The notes: generated from the sequence alone by a model not told the origin. A DNA stretch of 63,477 nucleotides, filler included, from Folioceros fuciformis (GCA_049999805.1; 9 parts of 9 records of this genome joined end to end with filler, not necessarily neighbours in it), one strand, 5' to 3'. Shown: positions 25,791 through 38,289, numbered from the whole stretch's first letter. A program made the numbers and translations.

Positions 25791-26216
25791 GTAGAAGTTT
25801 TGACCAAGCAACTTGAAGAAGCACAGTCCGAGTGCGGTTGATTTAGGGAGCGGCAAAGCATTGCGACGGAGGTTGCGCACATAGAAGAGCGAATGGTTTG
25901 GCTGAAGCGAGAAGCAGACGTATAGGAGGCCTGCAAACAACACACTGCAGATCGGGATTGCTACTGAAGGAAGCAAAATCAGGCTCCGAACATGGGACAG
26001 GAGCTCACACGGAAGGGAACAAAGGCAGCCTGCTAGATGGAAGACCTATGGAGCAAGCTTAGGAGTTCACAAGTAGAAGAGAAGATAGCTCAACATGAGG
26101 TCCGTATTGTACGGATAGAGCTAGCCCTTAAGTGGGAAAACATGCGAAGCCACAATCAACTATGGGATAATCAACGAAAGATGCTAATGGAAGGTGTGGA
26201 TCTCACCTTCGACTAA
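25791..26216 (+). pseudogene. Decayed coiled-coil-like ORF of unknown origin
   Basis: One frame reads VEVLTKQLEEAQ...IELALKWENMR...VDLTFD with several TAG/TGA stops. Confidence 0.3.
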
Positions 26217-26944
26217 CTAGCCACATGAGGGATCCGCGGCCCTACCAATCATAACCGGAGACGGAGAATCTTCTCCTGGGCCACTTCCCTGCCACCAGTG
26301 ATTACAAGCTTGGCTTCGAGCTCACTAGTTGCTACTCCCGCGCCGCCCTCCCATTAAAACTATGTAGTTGGATGCTACCCTGCTAATATTAGGATCCAAG
26401 GTGAATGAACCATCAAAGTCTAAAGATAGTGAAATTTTTTTTGTTTTAATGGTGCTTGTCCGGACTCTAAGTCTGAGGTATGTATAAAATCGAAGCCTTT
26501 CACTAAAATGGGGCCTTTGATTCCCCGAGTATTCTAGCGTGCTCATCGGCTTTTTCACGGGTGTCAGCTCTCCACTCAACTCCCACTTCCGATTTGTCCC
26601 ACGAGCCAACCGGCCCATGCATTGTGCTGGCTCCATCCCTGGAGCATTCTGTGTACACCCAGCCTCGAGTTGGACCAGCTCAGGAGCGACTAAGACCTAA
26701 CGATGTTAGTGGGACAGATCCACCTGGCCCTGCTTGCTACGACGACCCAAAACAACAAGAACCCCCCTCCCCTTCTCCTTTCACAACTTACACAACAATC
26801 TATCTTGCTCCCCCCACCTTTGGTGTCCCGACTCATTTCCTTTGNNNNNNNNNNNNNNNNNNNNNNNNNNNNNNNNNNNNNNNNNNNNTTAATTAATTAA
26901 NNNNNNNNNNNNNNNNNNNNNNNNNNNNNNNNNNNNNNNNNNNN

Positions 26945-27399
26945 ACTCTGACATACCATACCCCACATATTCCCATTCCTAGGTTCCTCTTTATTATTTC
27001 ATTATTTTATATTATTTCATTATTTTATATTATTCCATTATTTTATATTATTCCATTATTTTATATTATTCCATTATTATTAATCATTTAATATTATATA
27101 TCTTTAATTAATATTAAACTAATCACCAGACCTAGACTCAACCTTTCTCGACCCTATGGTTCGGTACCGAACCTAAACCTTCCCCAGCTCTGGGACCAAA
27201 CCTATACCCACTCTAATAACCAAACCAACTATTTACTAGTCTATTAACTTAAATAGCACAAGGAAAAATAGAAAAAATGACCAGAAAATAAAGGAAAAAT
27301 AGGAAAAATAAGTAGAAAAAGAAAAGCAAACCATACCATACCACTATTAACCCTCTTTCAACCAAAACAAACCACTACCCCAAACTTTGGAGGTTCACA
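26945..27399. repeat. LTR-like terminal fragment (family X), ending GGAGGTTCACA
   Basis: 27175-27399 is nearly identical to 32894-33111; both end at the same CA against unrelated flanks. AT-rich array at ~26990-27080. Confidence 0.8.
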
Positions 27400-28410
27400 G
27401 AATCCCTAGATGTTTGTGGAAGACTGTGGAAGACTACTGATGTTGCTGTAAGATTGCTGGAGACATTGCTGAAGAATTGGAGAAAATGGCTGAGAAGATT
27501 GCTGGAGAATGGAGGAAGAATATTGAAGATTGGATGCAAAATCTGGAGAGTTGCTGCGAGATTTTGAGGTGTTTAAGAGTGGCTGTTGGGGATTGTTGAA
27601 GCCCATGAGAGATTGTGAGGGATTGTGAGGAGTGGTGAAAGATTTGCTGAAGATTTGGTGGGCATTGCTGGAGAATGAGACCCTTGGGGGCAGGCCTGTG
27701 AGAATAACCGTGAACCAGAGCTCTTGTGTGTGATTTGAATGTGTGTGGAGTGTTGCATGTGTGAGTGGAGAGGTGTGGCTGATCTGCAAGGCTTTGTTTC
27801 CCAAGGATCAGCCCTTGCATGTGTGAGGAGCATCGAAAAACCCAGCCTTGAGAGTATGGGATGTCCTGGGCAGAAACCCGTGGGTGGAAACCCGCGGCGG
27901 CGCCGGCGTCGAAAATAATTAGTTAGGGTTTGGGGGTGGGATCCACCATGGTAGTGGAAGGACAACGGAGGTAGCCGAATACCGGTAGTTGAAAGACTAC
28001 GGAGGTAGCCGAAGCGGCTACCGGTAGTTGAAAGACAATGGAGGGGTAGCCGAAGCGGCTACCGGTAGTTGAGACCCTACCTTGGCAGTTGAAGGGTCAG
28101 TAGTTATAGAGATCCCCCCCGGTAGTCGAGTGAGTCAGTAGGGTAGCCCAGGGTTGAGGTAGCCGAGTGGGGCCTGGAGCTGTAGAGTAGGGACTGTGGT
28201 AGCTAGGCCAACTGAGGGGTAGGGGTAGTTGAACCAGTAGGTAGTGGAGCTGGGGTAGTTAAAGTCTGACCTAGGTAGTAACTGACTTTAAGAAGAAACC
28301 TGTGTTACTTGGCACAAACCATTCCCTTGGGATCGAATCCCAGTGCTATAGTGACAAAGAGGGTTTGTGTGGACCTCGCAGCACCCCTGGGTGCAATATT
28401 TTCCCCCACA
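27400..28410 (+). repeat. Gypsy-type LTR 3' portion ending CCCCACA
   Basis: End homologous to 11870-12002; GGTAGCCGAAGCGGCTACC hairpin repeats at 28004 and 28045. Confidence 0.75.
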
Positions 28411-31400
28411 GCCTCCATGCTTGATGCTTTTTGAAGAGGTCAGCTTCAATTGAGAGGTCACCAGGTAGAAGCAAAGGGTAGCGTCTGGATCCTCCCCTCA
28501 CCTCGTATCAAGGGGCTACTATGGCAAATGTGACACGGCTTGACTTCAAGGATAAGGATCGATTTTCTGGAGCAAACTATGACATCTGGGCTCATAGGGT
28601 CAAGACCTTGCTGCAAGTCAAGGAATTGTGGGACATCGTGGATGGCACAATCTCCAAGCCAGGGGCCAACACACCGCAGGCCGATGTTGCAGCATGGACA
28701 AAGAAAGATCTTAGAGCAAGAGCCATACTGGAGGCCACTATTGACAGTTCGATGATCCACCACATAGATAATGCATGTGAGTCACACATGGCATGGATGG
28801 CTATGTCGTAGATGTTTGCGACTACCAACCAATCCTCCCTGGTACATGCTACTAGATCTTTCTGGAACTGTAAGATGAAAGGACACGGGCAGTGTTGAGG
28901 AGCATGTAATGCGGTTTCGCCACCTTAGGCAAAAGCTGGCATCCGCAGGTATGATAGTCACGGAGCTACAGGCTTCAGTGGCTTTGCTCATGTCATTGCC
29001 AGATAAATATCAGGTGTTTGTCAGCACACAAAACAGCAGCTTGAGGACTGCTACTGCAAGTTTTGTGTCCTTATCTAGTACAATCGGTGCCCTACTCGAA
29101 GAGGAAGCGACCCTGCATCCAAGCCGTGGAGGCCAAAGCTCACATAGCCAGGTCCTTTACACTGGCAGAGGAGGAAGAGGGGGTTGCGGTGGCCACTTTG
29201 CTACAAGACCACCATCGCAGGGTAGAGGCAAGACAAATGAAGGTCGAGCTCTGCCGAATCCCAACCATAGGAAACTCACTTGCAACTAGTGTCGTATCTT
29301 AGGCCACATCGAAGCCGATTGCCGAAAGAAAAAAGCCGGGGAGCCAAGAAAAGCATTAGAGGCTCAAGTGGCTGCCCGGGCCAAAATGACAAACCCAAAT
29401 GCCATTCTCACTTTGTGCCTCGCACACACCAAGGCTGATCTCAATTATTGGTTTGTCGATTCAGGTGCCTCAGCGCACATATGCTACACTCGAGAAGGCT
29501 TTATCAAAAACAATAGCTATACACGTGGACAGTTTGTTCTACTTGGAGATGAGAGTGGACTTGCCGTTGCCAGTTGTGGCATCGTGCAAATCCAGCTGCA
29601 AGATGGGTCTACTCGCCTTCTTCACCAAGTGCTACATGTTCCACAGATGTGTAAAAATCTATTATCTGTTCAGCATCTTTGCAGGGACTGGATGGTCAAC
29701 ATCTCATTCAGCAAGGACCATTGTGACCTGCGAGAGACACAGACAGATCACATCCTGGCCCTTGGTACCTTGCACGCTGATTTATACAAGCTGGATTGTA
29801 TTACCTTACCTGCTAGAAGTCCACAAACTGACTCAACATCCCAAGTAATGCTAGCCAAATTTCTTACACATACTGATCCTCAACTCTTGTGGCACTCAAG
29901 ACTTGCACATCCGAACTTCACGAAGATGAAACGGATGACAGAGCAGAGTTGTACCGGGACCCACTCACTTGGAAGGTCATTGACACACATGTATTCTGTG
30001 GTGCCTGCATCCACAGCAAGATGGTCAAGAAGAAGCCTAAGAAGGGTGAGCATGACCATGCATCTGACTTATTGGAAATGGTCCATACTGATCTCTGTGG
30101 CCCAATGTCAACACCATCTCTTGGTGGTTCCCTTTATTTCATGGCTGTAATTGATTATCACAGTAGATACACCACCACATATTTCCTACGCCGCAAGAGT
30201 GAAGCCTTAGAAATGTTCAAGCAATATGTTGACTTCTCTCAAAGACAAACTGGGAAGACCCTCAAAGTGCTCAGAACTGATAATGGAGGCAAATTTATTA
30301 GCAGCGATTTCCAATCATATTGCCATTCCCTTGGCATTGCCCGCCAACTCACATCGTCTCACACATCCAGCCAAAACCCAATTGGCAGAGGCTAAAAACA
30401 GATACCTCCAAGAAGCAGCCAAGGCCATGCTGTATCAATCTGGTTTACCCAAGCAATATTGGGCAGATGCAGTACAGACTGCGACATATGTGCAAAACCG
30501 CTTGCCAACCTCTTCTTTCACAGGAGCTACCCCATATGAGAGATGGACTGGCCATCGACCATCCATTTCACATCTAAAAATATTTGGCAGCCGTGTGTAT
30601 ATCCACATTCCACGGACCCAAAGAAGGAAGCTTGATTACCAGGCCCGTGCAATGACCTTCATTGGGTACACCAAGGGGATCAAAGGGTACAAGGTATATG
30701 ACACTAGCTCTGGCTATGTTACTCACACTCGTGTTGGTATATTTGATGAAGACACCCTGTTGGTTGCGGCTTGTGCCCGAAAAGGGGGGAGACAAGATGA
30801 TGTGATGACTGACTCTACGTTCTCTGAACTCCATAGCGATAGTGATTTTGAAATTGAGCAGATAACTCCAACTGTGAGTTAGCCACGAGCAGCTCTGCCA
30901 TAAGCCCCAATCCATACTTTAGCTCCAGGCTCAAATCCGCCACTACAAGATGATGCAGATGATTGTGATGTATTTGAGACCAATACAAGTGTGGGTGAAG
31001 CTGATACCAATGTGCCAATACAACTTGAACTTGGTCAGCCTGCTACGCTTAGGAGGTCAGCGAGACACCATACAAGTTCTCCCCTGGAATGGAGTCAAGT
31101 GCCACTTGCCATGGAAGGGCACATACGGCTGGATGCGAAAAAGAATGTCATGCTGGCTCAAATACTCATAGCAGCCCAAGACCTAGGTGAACCAACATCC
31201 TACCAAGAAGCCATCAACTCACCGGAGAAGGAACAGTGGCAGGCAGCGATCAAATCAGAGTATGACTCTCTCATTGAGAACAAGACGTGGGAATTGGTTG
31301 ATCTACCTCATGGAAGGAGGCCGATTTCAAACAAATGGGTGTTCAAAAGGAAGCTCAACCCTGATGGCACCACCGCTAGACTCAAGGCTAGATTAGTGGT

Positions 31401-32793
31401 GCGTGCCTCAAACAATTGAATCATGGGTGGAACTTGAGGTTGCACACATATCTTGTAAGGAGAGGGTTTAAGCAATCAGGGTTTAGGGTTTAGGGTTTAG
31501 CACTTATGAACCCAACGATGGGAAGCATATTTCTCCATCAGCAGCATTATGTGAACAGATTACTTGAGAAGTTCAATATGCAAAATACAAAGCCAGTAGC
31601 AACTCCAGCTGCAGTGGGGGCTACCTTGACACAAGATCAGTTTCCCAAGACGCCTACTGAGCAAAAGGAGATGGAGAATATACCATACAAAGTTCTCGTA
31701 GGTTGTTTGCTATGGTTGAGTGGTTGGACCAGGTATTGCCCATGCAACATCAATTGCCTCATAGTTTCTAGCTAATCCAGGATAGCAACATTGGGTAGCT
31801 ATAAAACGTGTTCTCAGGTACTTGAAAGGCACATCTTCATGCGATTATACAAACATAGATAGATTATTTTTATATAGATGCGCACGAGCATTCATAGTCC
31901 AAGCATACAGCCGCACGCACCGCGTAAAGATGAGCATCACACGAACAAGACATGGAGGAAGTTATTAACTAACTAACCGCCAAACCGGCAGCCATAACCC
32001 TAATAGACTAACCTAAATAATGCTAGGTCATGTACTCTATATAAGGGGATCAGGCGAAATATCCGCCGACACATCTGACCTAGGACTTTTGTACATCAAA
32101 CAAGGAGACTCTAGAAGAGTTTGGATGGAATGCAAGATGGACTCCAATTGGGCTGGTGATAACGACACACGTCGATCCACATGAGCATACTGTATGAAGG
32201 TGTGTGGGGGCCTTGTCAGTTGGTCCTCGAAGAAGTAGACAGTAGTTGCACTTTCGTTCGTAGAGGCCGAATATGCGGCAGCTACAACTGCAGCCCAAGA
32301 GGTCATGCACCATCAAAATTTCCTGGAAACCTTAGGCTACAAGCAGCAGGAGCCGACGCCCATGTACTGTGGCAATCAATCTGCTATTGCTATAGCAAAG
32401 AATCCCATCTCACATGCTCGTACCAGACATGTGGAGGTGAAGCAACATTTCATTAGAAATGCAATTGCCAACAAGATAATCAGTTTTAGCTATATTCCCA
32501 CAGATGACAACACAGCTGATCTACTAACAAAGGCTCTTACAAAAGAGAAACATAATCAGCATGTTGTGGGGCTTGGATTGAGGCATAGATTTGAAGCTGA
32601 AACCGAAGAAAAAAGGAGGTGGCTAAGAAGACTGGCAACAACTGACAATTGCGACTAAGTGGGGGTGCAAAGTAAAGCATAGAAGTAGTCTAGCGTCAGC
32701 AGTCAATAGTCAAGTCAAGTTGATCAAGTTAGAGCTAGGGTTAATTAGCCCATTATGAAAAGACACACAATTATTGAAAACCCAACCGTCATT
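28411..32793 (+). mobile_element. Ty1/copia element C, decayed, with RT deletions and a nested solo LTR
   Basis: gag ATG 28521 (DFKDKDRFSG); PR WFVDSGAS; INT HTDLCGP and TDNGGKF; RT lacks its YVDD segment; RNaseH to 32658; PPT AAGTGGGGG; LTR starts TGCAAAG at 32666. Confidence 0.92.
31837..32071. mobile_element. 235-bp solo LTR-like insertion with 5-bp TSD CATCT
   Basis: Interrupts the host sequence YLKGTS|DLGLLY. CATCT at 31832-31836 and 32072-32076; termini TC...CA (+) or TG...GA (-); TATA-like motifs. Confidence 0.85.
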
Positions 32794-32893
32794 NNNNNNN
32801 NNNNNNNNNNNNNNNNNNNNNNNNNNNNNNNNNNNNNTTAATTAATTAANNNNNNNNNNNNNNNNNNNNNNNNNNNNNNNNNNNNNNNNNNNN

Positions 32894-33111
32894 AACCTTC
32901 CCAGGTCTGGGACCAAACCTATACCCACTCTTATAACCAAGCTAACTATTTCCTGGTCAATTAACCTAATTAGCACAAAGAAAAATAGGAAAAATGACCA
33001 GAAAATCAAGGAAAATTAGGGAAAATAAGTTGAAAAAGAAAACCAAACCATACCATTATTAACCCTTTTTCAACCGAAACAAACTACTACCCCAAACTTT
33101 GGAGGTTCACA
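32894..33111. repeat. Family X LTR end inserted in a copia INT-RT linker
   Basis: Matches 27175-27399. Confidence 0.85.
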
Positions 33112-35700
33112 CTGTCTCCACCATGGCTCCTTTACCTCAAGCAGTTACGGTTCTTCCCGGTCCTGCTCGAGAGGGGGAAGATGATCGGCCCATGGATGAT
33201 GCACAAGGGCAGATGCCTTTGGATTTGGGGGACATACATGTTGGTGTGGCTCCAGACATTCCTGTACCGCCACCATCACCCCCAAGACCTGAAGTCTTTG
33301 TTCCTAAGCGTAGGTACCCTACGCGTCAGCGACTCCCAAGACACCTCTGGCATGAGAAGCCATTTGACTTGGAGTTCAATCAAGCTGGCTATACTGATTT
33401 TGATCCAGCAACCTATTCTTTTGCTATGAGTTCTATTATTTCAGAGGGAGATCCTCTCACACTTCAAGAAGCATATGCGAGACCCGAGGCTAACAAGTGG
33501 AAACTGGCTATTGATGATGAGTTTAACTCTTTAGTCAAGAATAACACTTGGGCATTAGTGGATCTACCCCCAGGAAGGACAACTGTCAAGTGCAAGTGGG
33601 TACTCAAAACAAAGTTTCAAGAGGTTGAGCCCCGCATACGTTATAAAGCGAGGCTAGTGGCCAAGGGCTATAGTCAGAAAGAAGGAGTCGACTATCAAGG
33701 CGATCAAGTCTACTCACCTGTCGTCAAAGCAACTTTGATAAGGATGCTCCTTGCTTTATGTGCAGAACTTAACTTGGACATCTATCAGCTGGACGTTTGT
33801 ACAACCTTCCTCTATGGTCACTTGGAAGAAGAGATCTACAAGGATCAACCTGAGGATTATCAAGATAAGAGATTCCCGCAAAAGGTGTGTAAACTCCTTC
33901 GTTCTATTTATGGGCTCAAACAAAGTCCTCGACTGTGGTACAAGAGAATTGACTCTTATCTTAAGAAGATTGGCTTCGTGCAAAGCGAAGCAGATACTAA
34001 CCTGTATGTGCTACAAAAGGACAGCTCACTTGTTTTAATAGCGTTATACGTGGATGACTTAGTTATCCCCGGTAATAATGTGGAGCTGGTTAACCAGATC
34101 AAGGCTGATCTTAGCAAGGAGTTTGAAATGAAAGATCTGGGTCAAGTTAAATACATCCTTGGAATGCGTACACAAAGACAGGTCCACTGGAGCAATCTAC
34201 CTTCATCAAGGTCGATATGTAGCCGGGATGCTCAAGAGGTTCAACTTGGAGAATGCACGAGCAACTGTCACTCTAGGTGCTGTTGGTGTTAAGCTCTCCT
34301 CAAGTTCTTGTCCACAGTCTAATGAAGAGAAAAAGGAAATGGAGAGTGTGCCTTATCGTATGGCGGTTGGCACCCTCATGTTTCTAAGCAATTGGACAGG
34401 ACCAAACATATCTAATACTATTAATGCACTTGCGCAATTCTCTGAGAACCCAGGAAGGGATCACTGGGTAGCACTTAAAAGAATTAAGCGGTACCTCAAG
34501 GGTACTCCTAATTATGGTCTCTACTACAAGCCCAGTGGCAAAAGGAGTCTACAATTGACTTGCTATGTTGATGCAAATTGGGCTTCCGATGCAGATACGC
34601 GAAAGAGTCTTTCGGCTTATTGCTTCCTTGCCAGCTCCACTGTTGTGAATTGGTCTTGTAGGAAACAAGCCTCTATATCTTTGTCCTCCACGGAATCGGA
34701 GTACAAAGCTCTCACAGAAGCCACTAAGGAGGCAGAGTGGGAAAGGAAGTTATGCGAAGACTTGGGTATGCAACAAGCAGGACCTACGCTTATTAACTGT
34801 GATAATATGTCAGCCATCGCCCTGGTTTCCAACCTTGTGTTTCACGCCCATACTAAGCACATCGAGATTCAACATCACTATGTTAGAGATGCTGCTGAGA
34901 GGGGCTTAGTGAAGATACAATATGTGTCAACAGATGATAATATGGCTGATGTTCTGACAAAGTCTTTGCCCAAGTTTAAACACTATTTCCACAGAGAAGG
35001 GCTAGGACTTGTAGATTGTAGTAGCTATGTGACACTACACAAATCACTCATTTGGTAAGGCTTTCCGTGGTTGTTCCATCATCTACGAAGATAACTTAAC
35101 TAGAGGACTTGCTTCTGCTCTGGTCATGACTGGTGCTCTACTGCGTGAGTTGCTGTCGACGACGGACTCAGCGTTAGTAGGTGCGACTGGAAGATGTGAC
35201 AGCCGAGTCGAAGATGGTAGCCTTCAGTGACAGTTATTTTTAGTTGTGATCTCCTTTTCTTAGTTTGGAGCTCTCAGAACTGCAACATGTCTGAGAGGGA
35301 GAGTTAGAAATAATAGCAGACCACATTGGTTCTGTACTAATATGGTTAGTCAACTAGACCTAGCAGTTAATATAGGTAGTTAGCCAGGCTAGCGAAAGGA
35401 CACATCCCTTGGGAGACCACCTATAAAAGCCTACCTATGAACACACTAATTTTAACTTTTGTTAATATAGCATCTTTGTTCAAGACGCTTCCACAGGCAA
35501 TTCTAACTTGGTATCAGAGCCACAGGGCTCTTACCTTGGTCTTCAGATCCAATGGCTAGATTACGTATGTATCACTATCTAGGTGAGCAATGGACGCATG
35601 AAGCTCTATATGCTCGCTTATGGATAGATGCGCTAGATACGTCGTTCTCGTTAGCAGATTGGAATGATCAGACCACCACTGTAAGACACGACAATATCTT
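33112..35700 (+). mobile_element. Ty1/copia element D: RT-RNaseH, PPT, LTR 35302-35508, then PBS and the start of a second unit
   Basis: RT (ALYVDD) and RNaseH are nearly intact with one frameshift at ~34165; PPT 35293-35301; TGGTATCAGAGC 35509-35520; ORF from ATG 35552. Confidence 0.93.
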
Positions 35701-36490
35701 TGGCCAGGGCTGACATGTTATCACAATACAGGGGTGTTGGGCTCTCTTCCTTCTAGTCAATGTCGGCCAGAAAGGTTCGCTCCCACTCGGCCTCCTTATC
35801 AGCATCAGTGAGTGAGTTGTACTCTGCTTCCGTGGAGGAGAGAGCGATAGAAGTCTGCTTCTTGCAGCTCCAATTCATGGCTGCAGAAGACTCCTAGGAG
35901 GAAGCAGTGTGTGCTAAGACTCCTACATGAGTCAGGGTCAGAGGCCCAATCTGCATTGGTGTAGCCTTCGAGTGACAGCTTCCCCGTGCTTTTGCTTCTA
36001 TACGCCAAACCATAGGTGATAGTTCCTTTAAGGTAGCGGAAGATTCTCTTAACAACAACCCAGTGTGCCTTTCTTGGTGATTCTAAGAATTGGGACATAG
36101 TGGAAACCGAATACTAGATGTCAGGTCTGGTCCATCCACTAACAAAGATAAGACTGCCCACGACATGGCGATAAGGAACTGACTCCATTTCCCTAGTCTC
36201 CTCTATTGTCTGTGGGCATTGATCTGCTATGAGCTTTGTGCCAACAGCGTAAGGGGTGCTAACGGCCCTGGCTTGGTCCAGGCAAAATTTCTCAAGTATC
36301 TCCTTGATATACTTATATCGATGGATGACAAAGTTGCCTTGGGCTCTGTCTCTGAGGATTTGGATTCCGAGGCAGAACCGAAGCTCGCCTCTATCCTTCA
36401 TCTCAAATCGGGTGCTCAAAAGTTGCTTTACCTCTTCTAACATGGCTTGGCTGTTTGTGGCGAGGATGAGGTCGTCCACATAGAGGCCGA
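35700..36490 (-). mobile_element. Copia RT/RNaseH fragment
   Basis: GLYVDDLILAT, FEMKDRG, YLKGT, ADWASD; cut at 36491 by an LTR insertion. Confidence 0.9.
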
Positions 36491-37720
36491 TGTGGAGTGG
36501 AACTCACACCCAAGAACCACCAAGGGCCACACTTCCCCCTTATTATCGTCGTAGTACTAGGATTCGCTCCCAAGGGAGTGAACCAGTGTCAAGGTTTCCT
36601 ACAATTTCCCCCCCCACTCTGCCCTAATCTAATCCTATCTATCAGCCGGCCCCTAGACCTAACCACACTATAGCAAAAAGATCAGAACCCTATCTTCAAC
36701 ACCAACTACAACCCTAGTTGAATGAGGACTCAGCATCATCTTCAGCTCCCACTCCTAGCCCCGGGTATTAGCCGCCTCAGCAGCTGAGAGGAGGTTCCAG
36801 CCCTAGCCTCAACCTCCACTCTTAGCCCTAAATGCCAGCGACCTCAGCAGCTGATTGAGAACTTCAGCACCTAAGCTCCTCACCTCAACACAACAACTCT
36901 CTACTCCAGCACTTCAAGTCTCTACTCCAGCGCTTCTCCAGCACTTCAAACCTCTACTCCAGCACTCCAACTCTTCAATTCTTCACCAATCACATCTCAC
37001 TCCAGGATTTTGAAACACAGCAGCCCCTCACCTGCAGTCCTTAAGGCAAGGATGTGCAGACCCAGGCTGGATAGCCTCCTCGGCTCACAGCCCTGCAATC
37101 TATCGCCTTGGAAACCCCTTAGGGACGTCAAGGTACCCCAACCACCCAACCAGCCTGCAAGAAAGGTCAGCCCCTGCGGCTCTGGCCACCCAGATCTCAG
37201 CAATTTTGGGAGCCGCCACGTTCCCCTAGTGGCATGGGGAATCAAGGCCGAGGTGCATCTGCACACTGGATTAATCCCTCTAACCCAGCAGCCTACACAC
37301 AAGGTCAAGGGCACTCTTCACCAAAAAAAGCCTCCCCCCTCAATGACAGACCTAGCCTCTTATACCTCCTTGGCCAAGAACCCTTGTTACTGCCTAATCA
37401 GGTCAGCAAGCCTCAGACAACCCTCCAATCGTCAAAACCCTAAACCTAACTCCGACCTACCTTGACTCTAACCTAACTGACTCTAACTTGCGGCCCTGGT
37501 TGCTCTTATCAAAATTAATCAACCTTCTCTTATGAAAATTAATCAACCTTTCCAAACTACCAAAACTCACGAGTGCCTCTCAACACCCTCTTCCCTCTCC
37601 GATCCTCTCCTTTCCCTTAGGTCATTTGCAACCCCTCAGACTCCACCTTCCTCCAATCGTCTACTCCCCATCTTGCTGGCCAAGGACCCCATGACCCGGT
37701 AAATCTACTCATCTAGTGCC
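36491..37720 (-). repeat. Gypsy-type LTR (family of 12943-14560) inserted just before the copia YVDD codons
   Basis: Reverse complement of ~13350-14560; plus strand begins TGTGGAG. Confidence 0.88.
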
Positions 37721-37953
37721 TGCAGTCCGTATCCAGACATATAACCGTCAGCCAGGGCCTGGGCACCTACCCTTGCATCTGCAGTCAGCCGGATCCGCCC
37801 GAGACCACAGCCCAAATCCCGCTGTCTTTCTTGCTTAGGATCCTGTAATCAGGCCGTAGGCCACTGCCCGGCTCCCGAATCCAGCCCCCAGCCGTCTCAA
37901 GACAACCACTTGCCGGGATTCCGCCCCCCCGGCCAGGTTTTGTAGTTTTCTCA

Positions 37954-38220
37954 CTAATTAGCAGTGAGGTTGAAATGTTCTCCACAACTGCGTTCCATCC
38001 CCAGCGCCGTTGCCCTATGAGGTCCTCCTGTCCACAACCTTGACCCCACCCTTAAGCAGGCATGTTGCACTGTGAACGGAGGGAGAAGGACGGGCAGGGA
38101 TAGAGGGGTGCATAGGCAGCAAGGTGATAAGGTCTCCCCTCCGGACCACATTGAGCATGGCCCAGCGTAATGCAGCCCTTGCGGACTTCACATCATCCAC
38201 CACCATCCTCCTCGCCTCCT
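37954..38220 (-). pseudogene. Universal stress protein (USP/UspA-like) fragment
   Basis: RRMVVDDVKSARAALRWAMLNVVRRGDLITLL matches the N-terminal beta1-alpha1-beta2 pattern of plant USP-A domains; upstream in-frame TAG and a downstream frameshift. Confidence 0.7.
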
Positions 38221-38289
38221 ACCTACTAGGGAAACACACACATTTTTCCACCTCTGCCTCCCCATCCACCTTCAGTTCCCCTGGCCATT

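Noticed and set aside
28327-28342. tRNA gene or SINE suggested by GGGATCGAATCCC
   Set aside because: Only a T-arm-like hairpin, with no A-box or cloverleaf; it is part of an LTR end.
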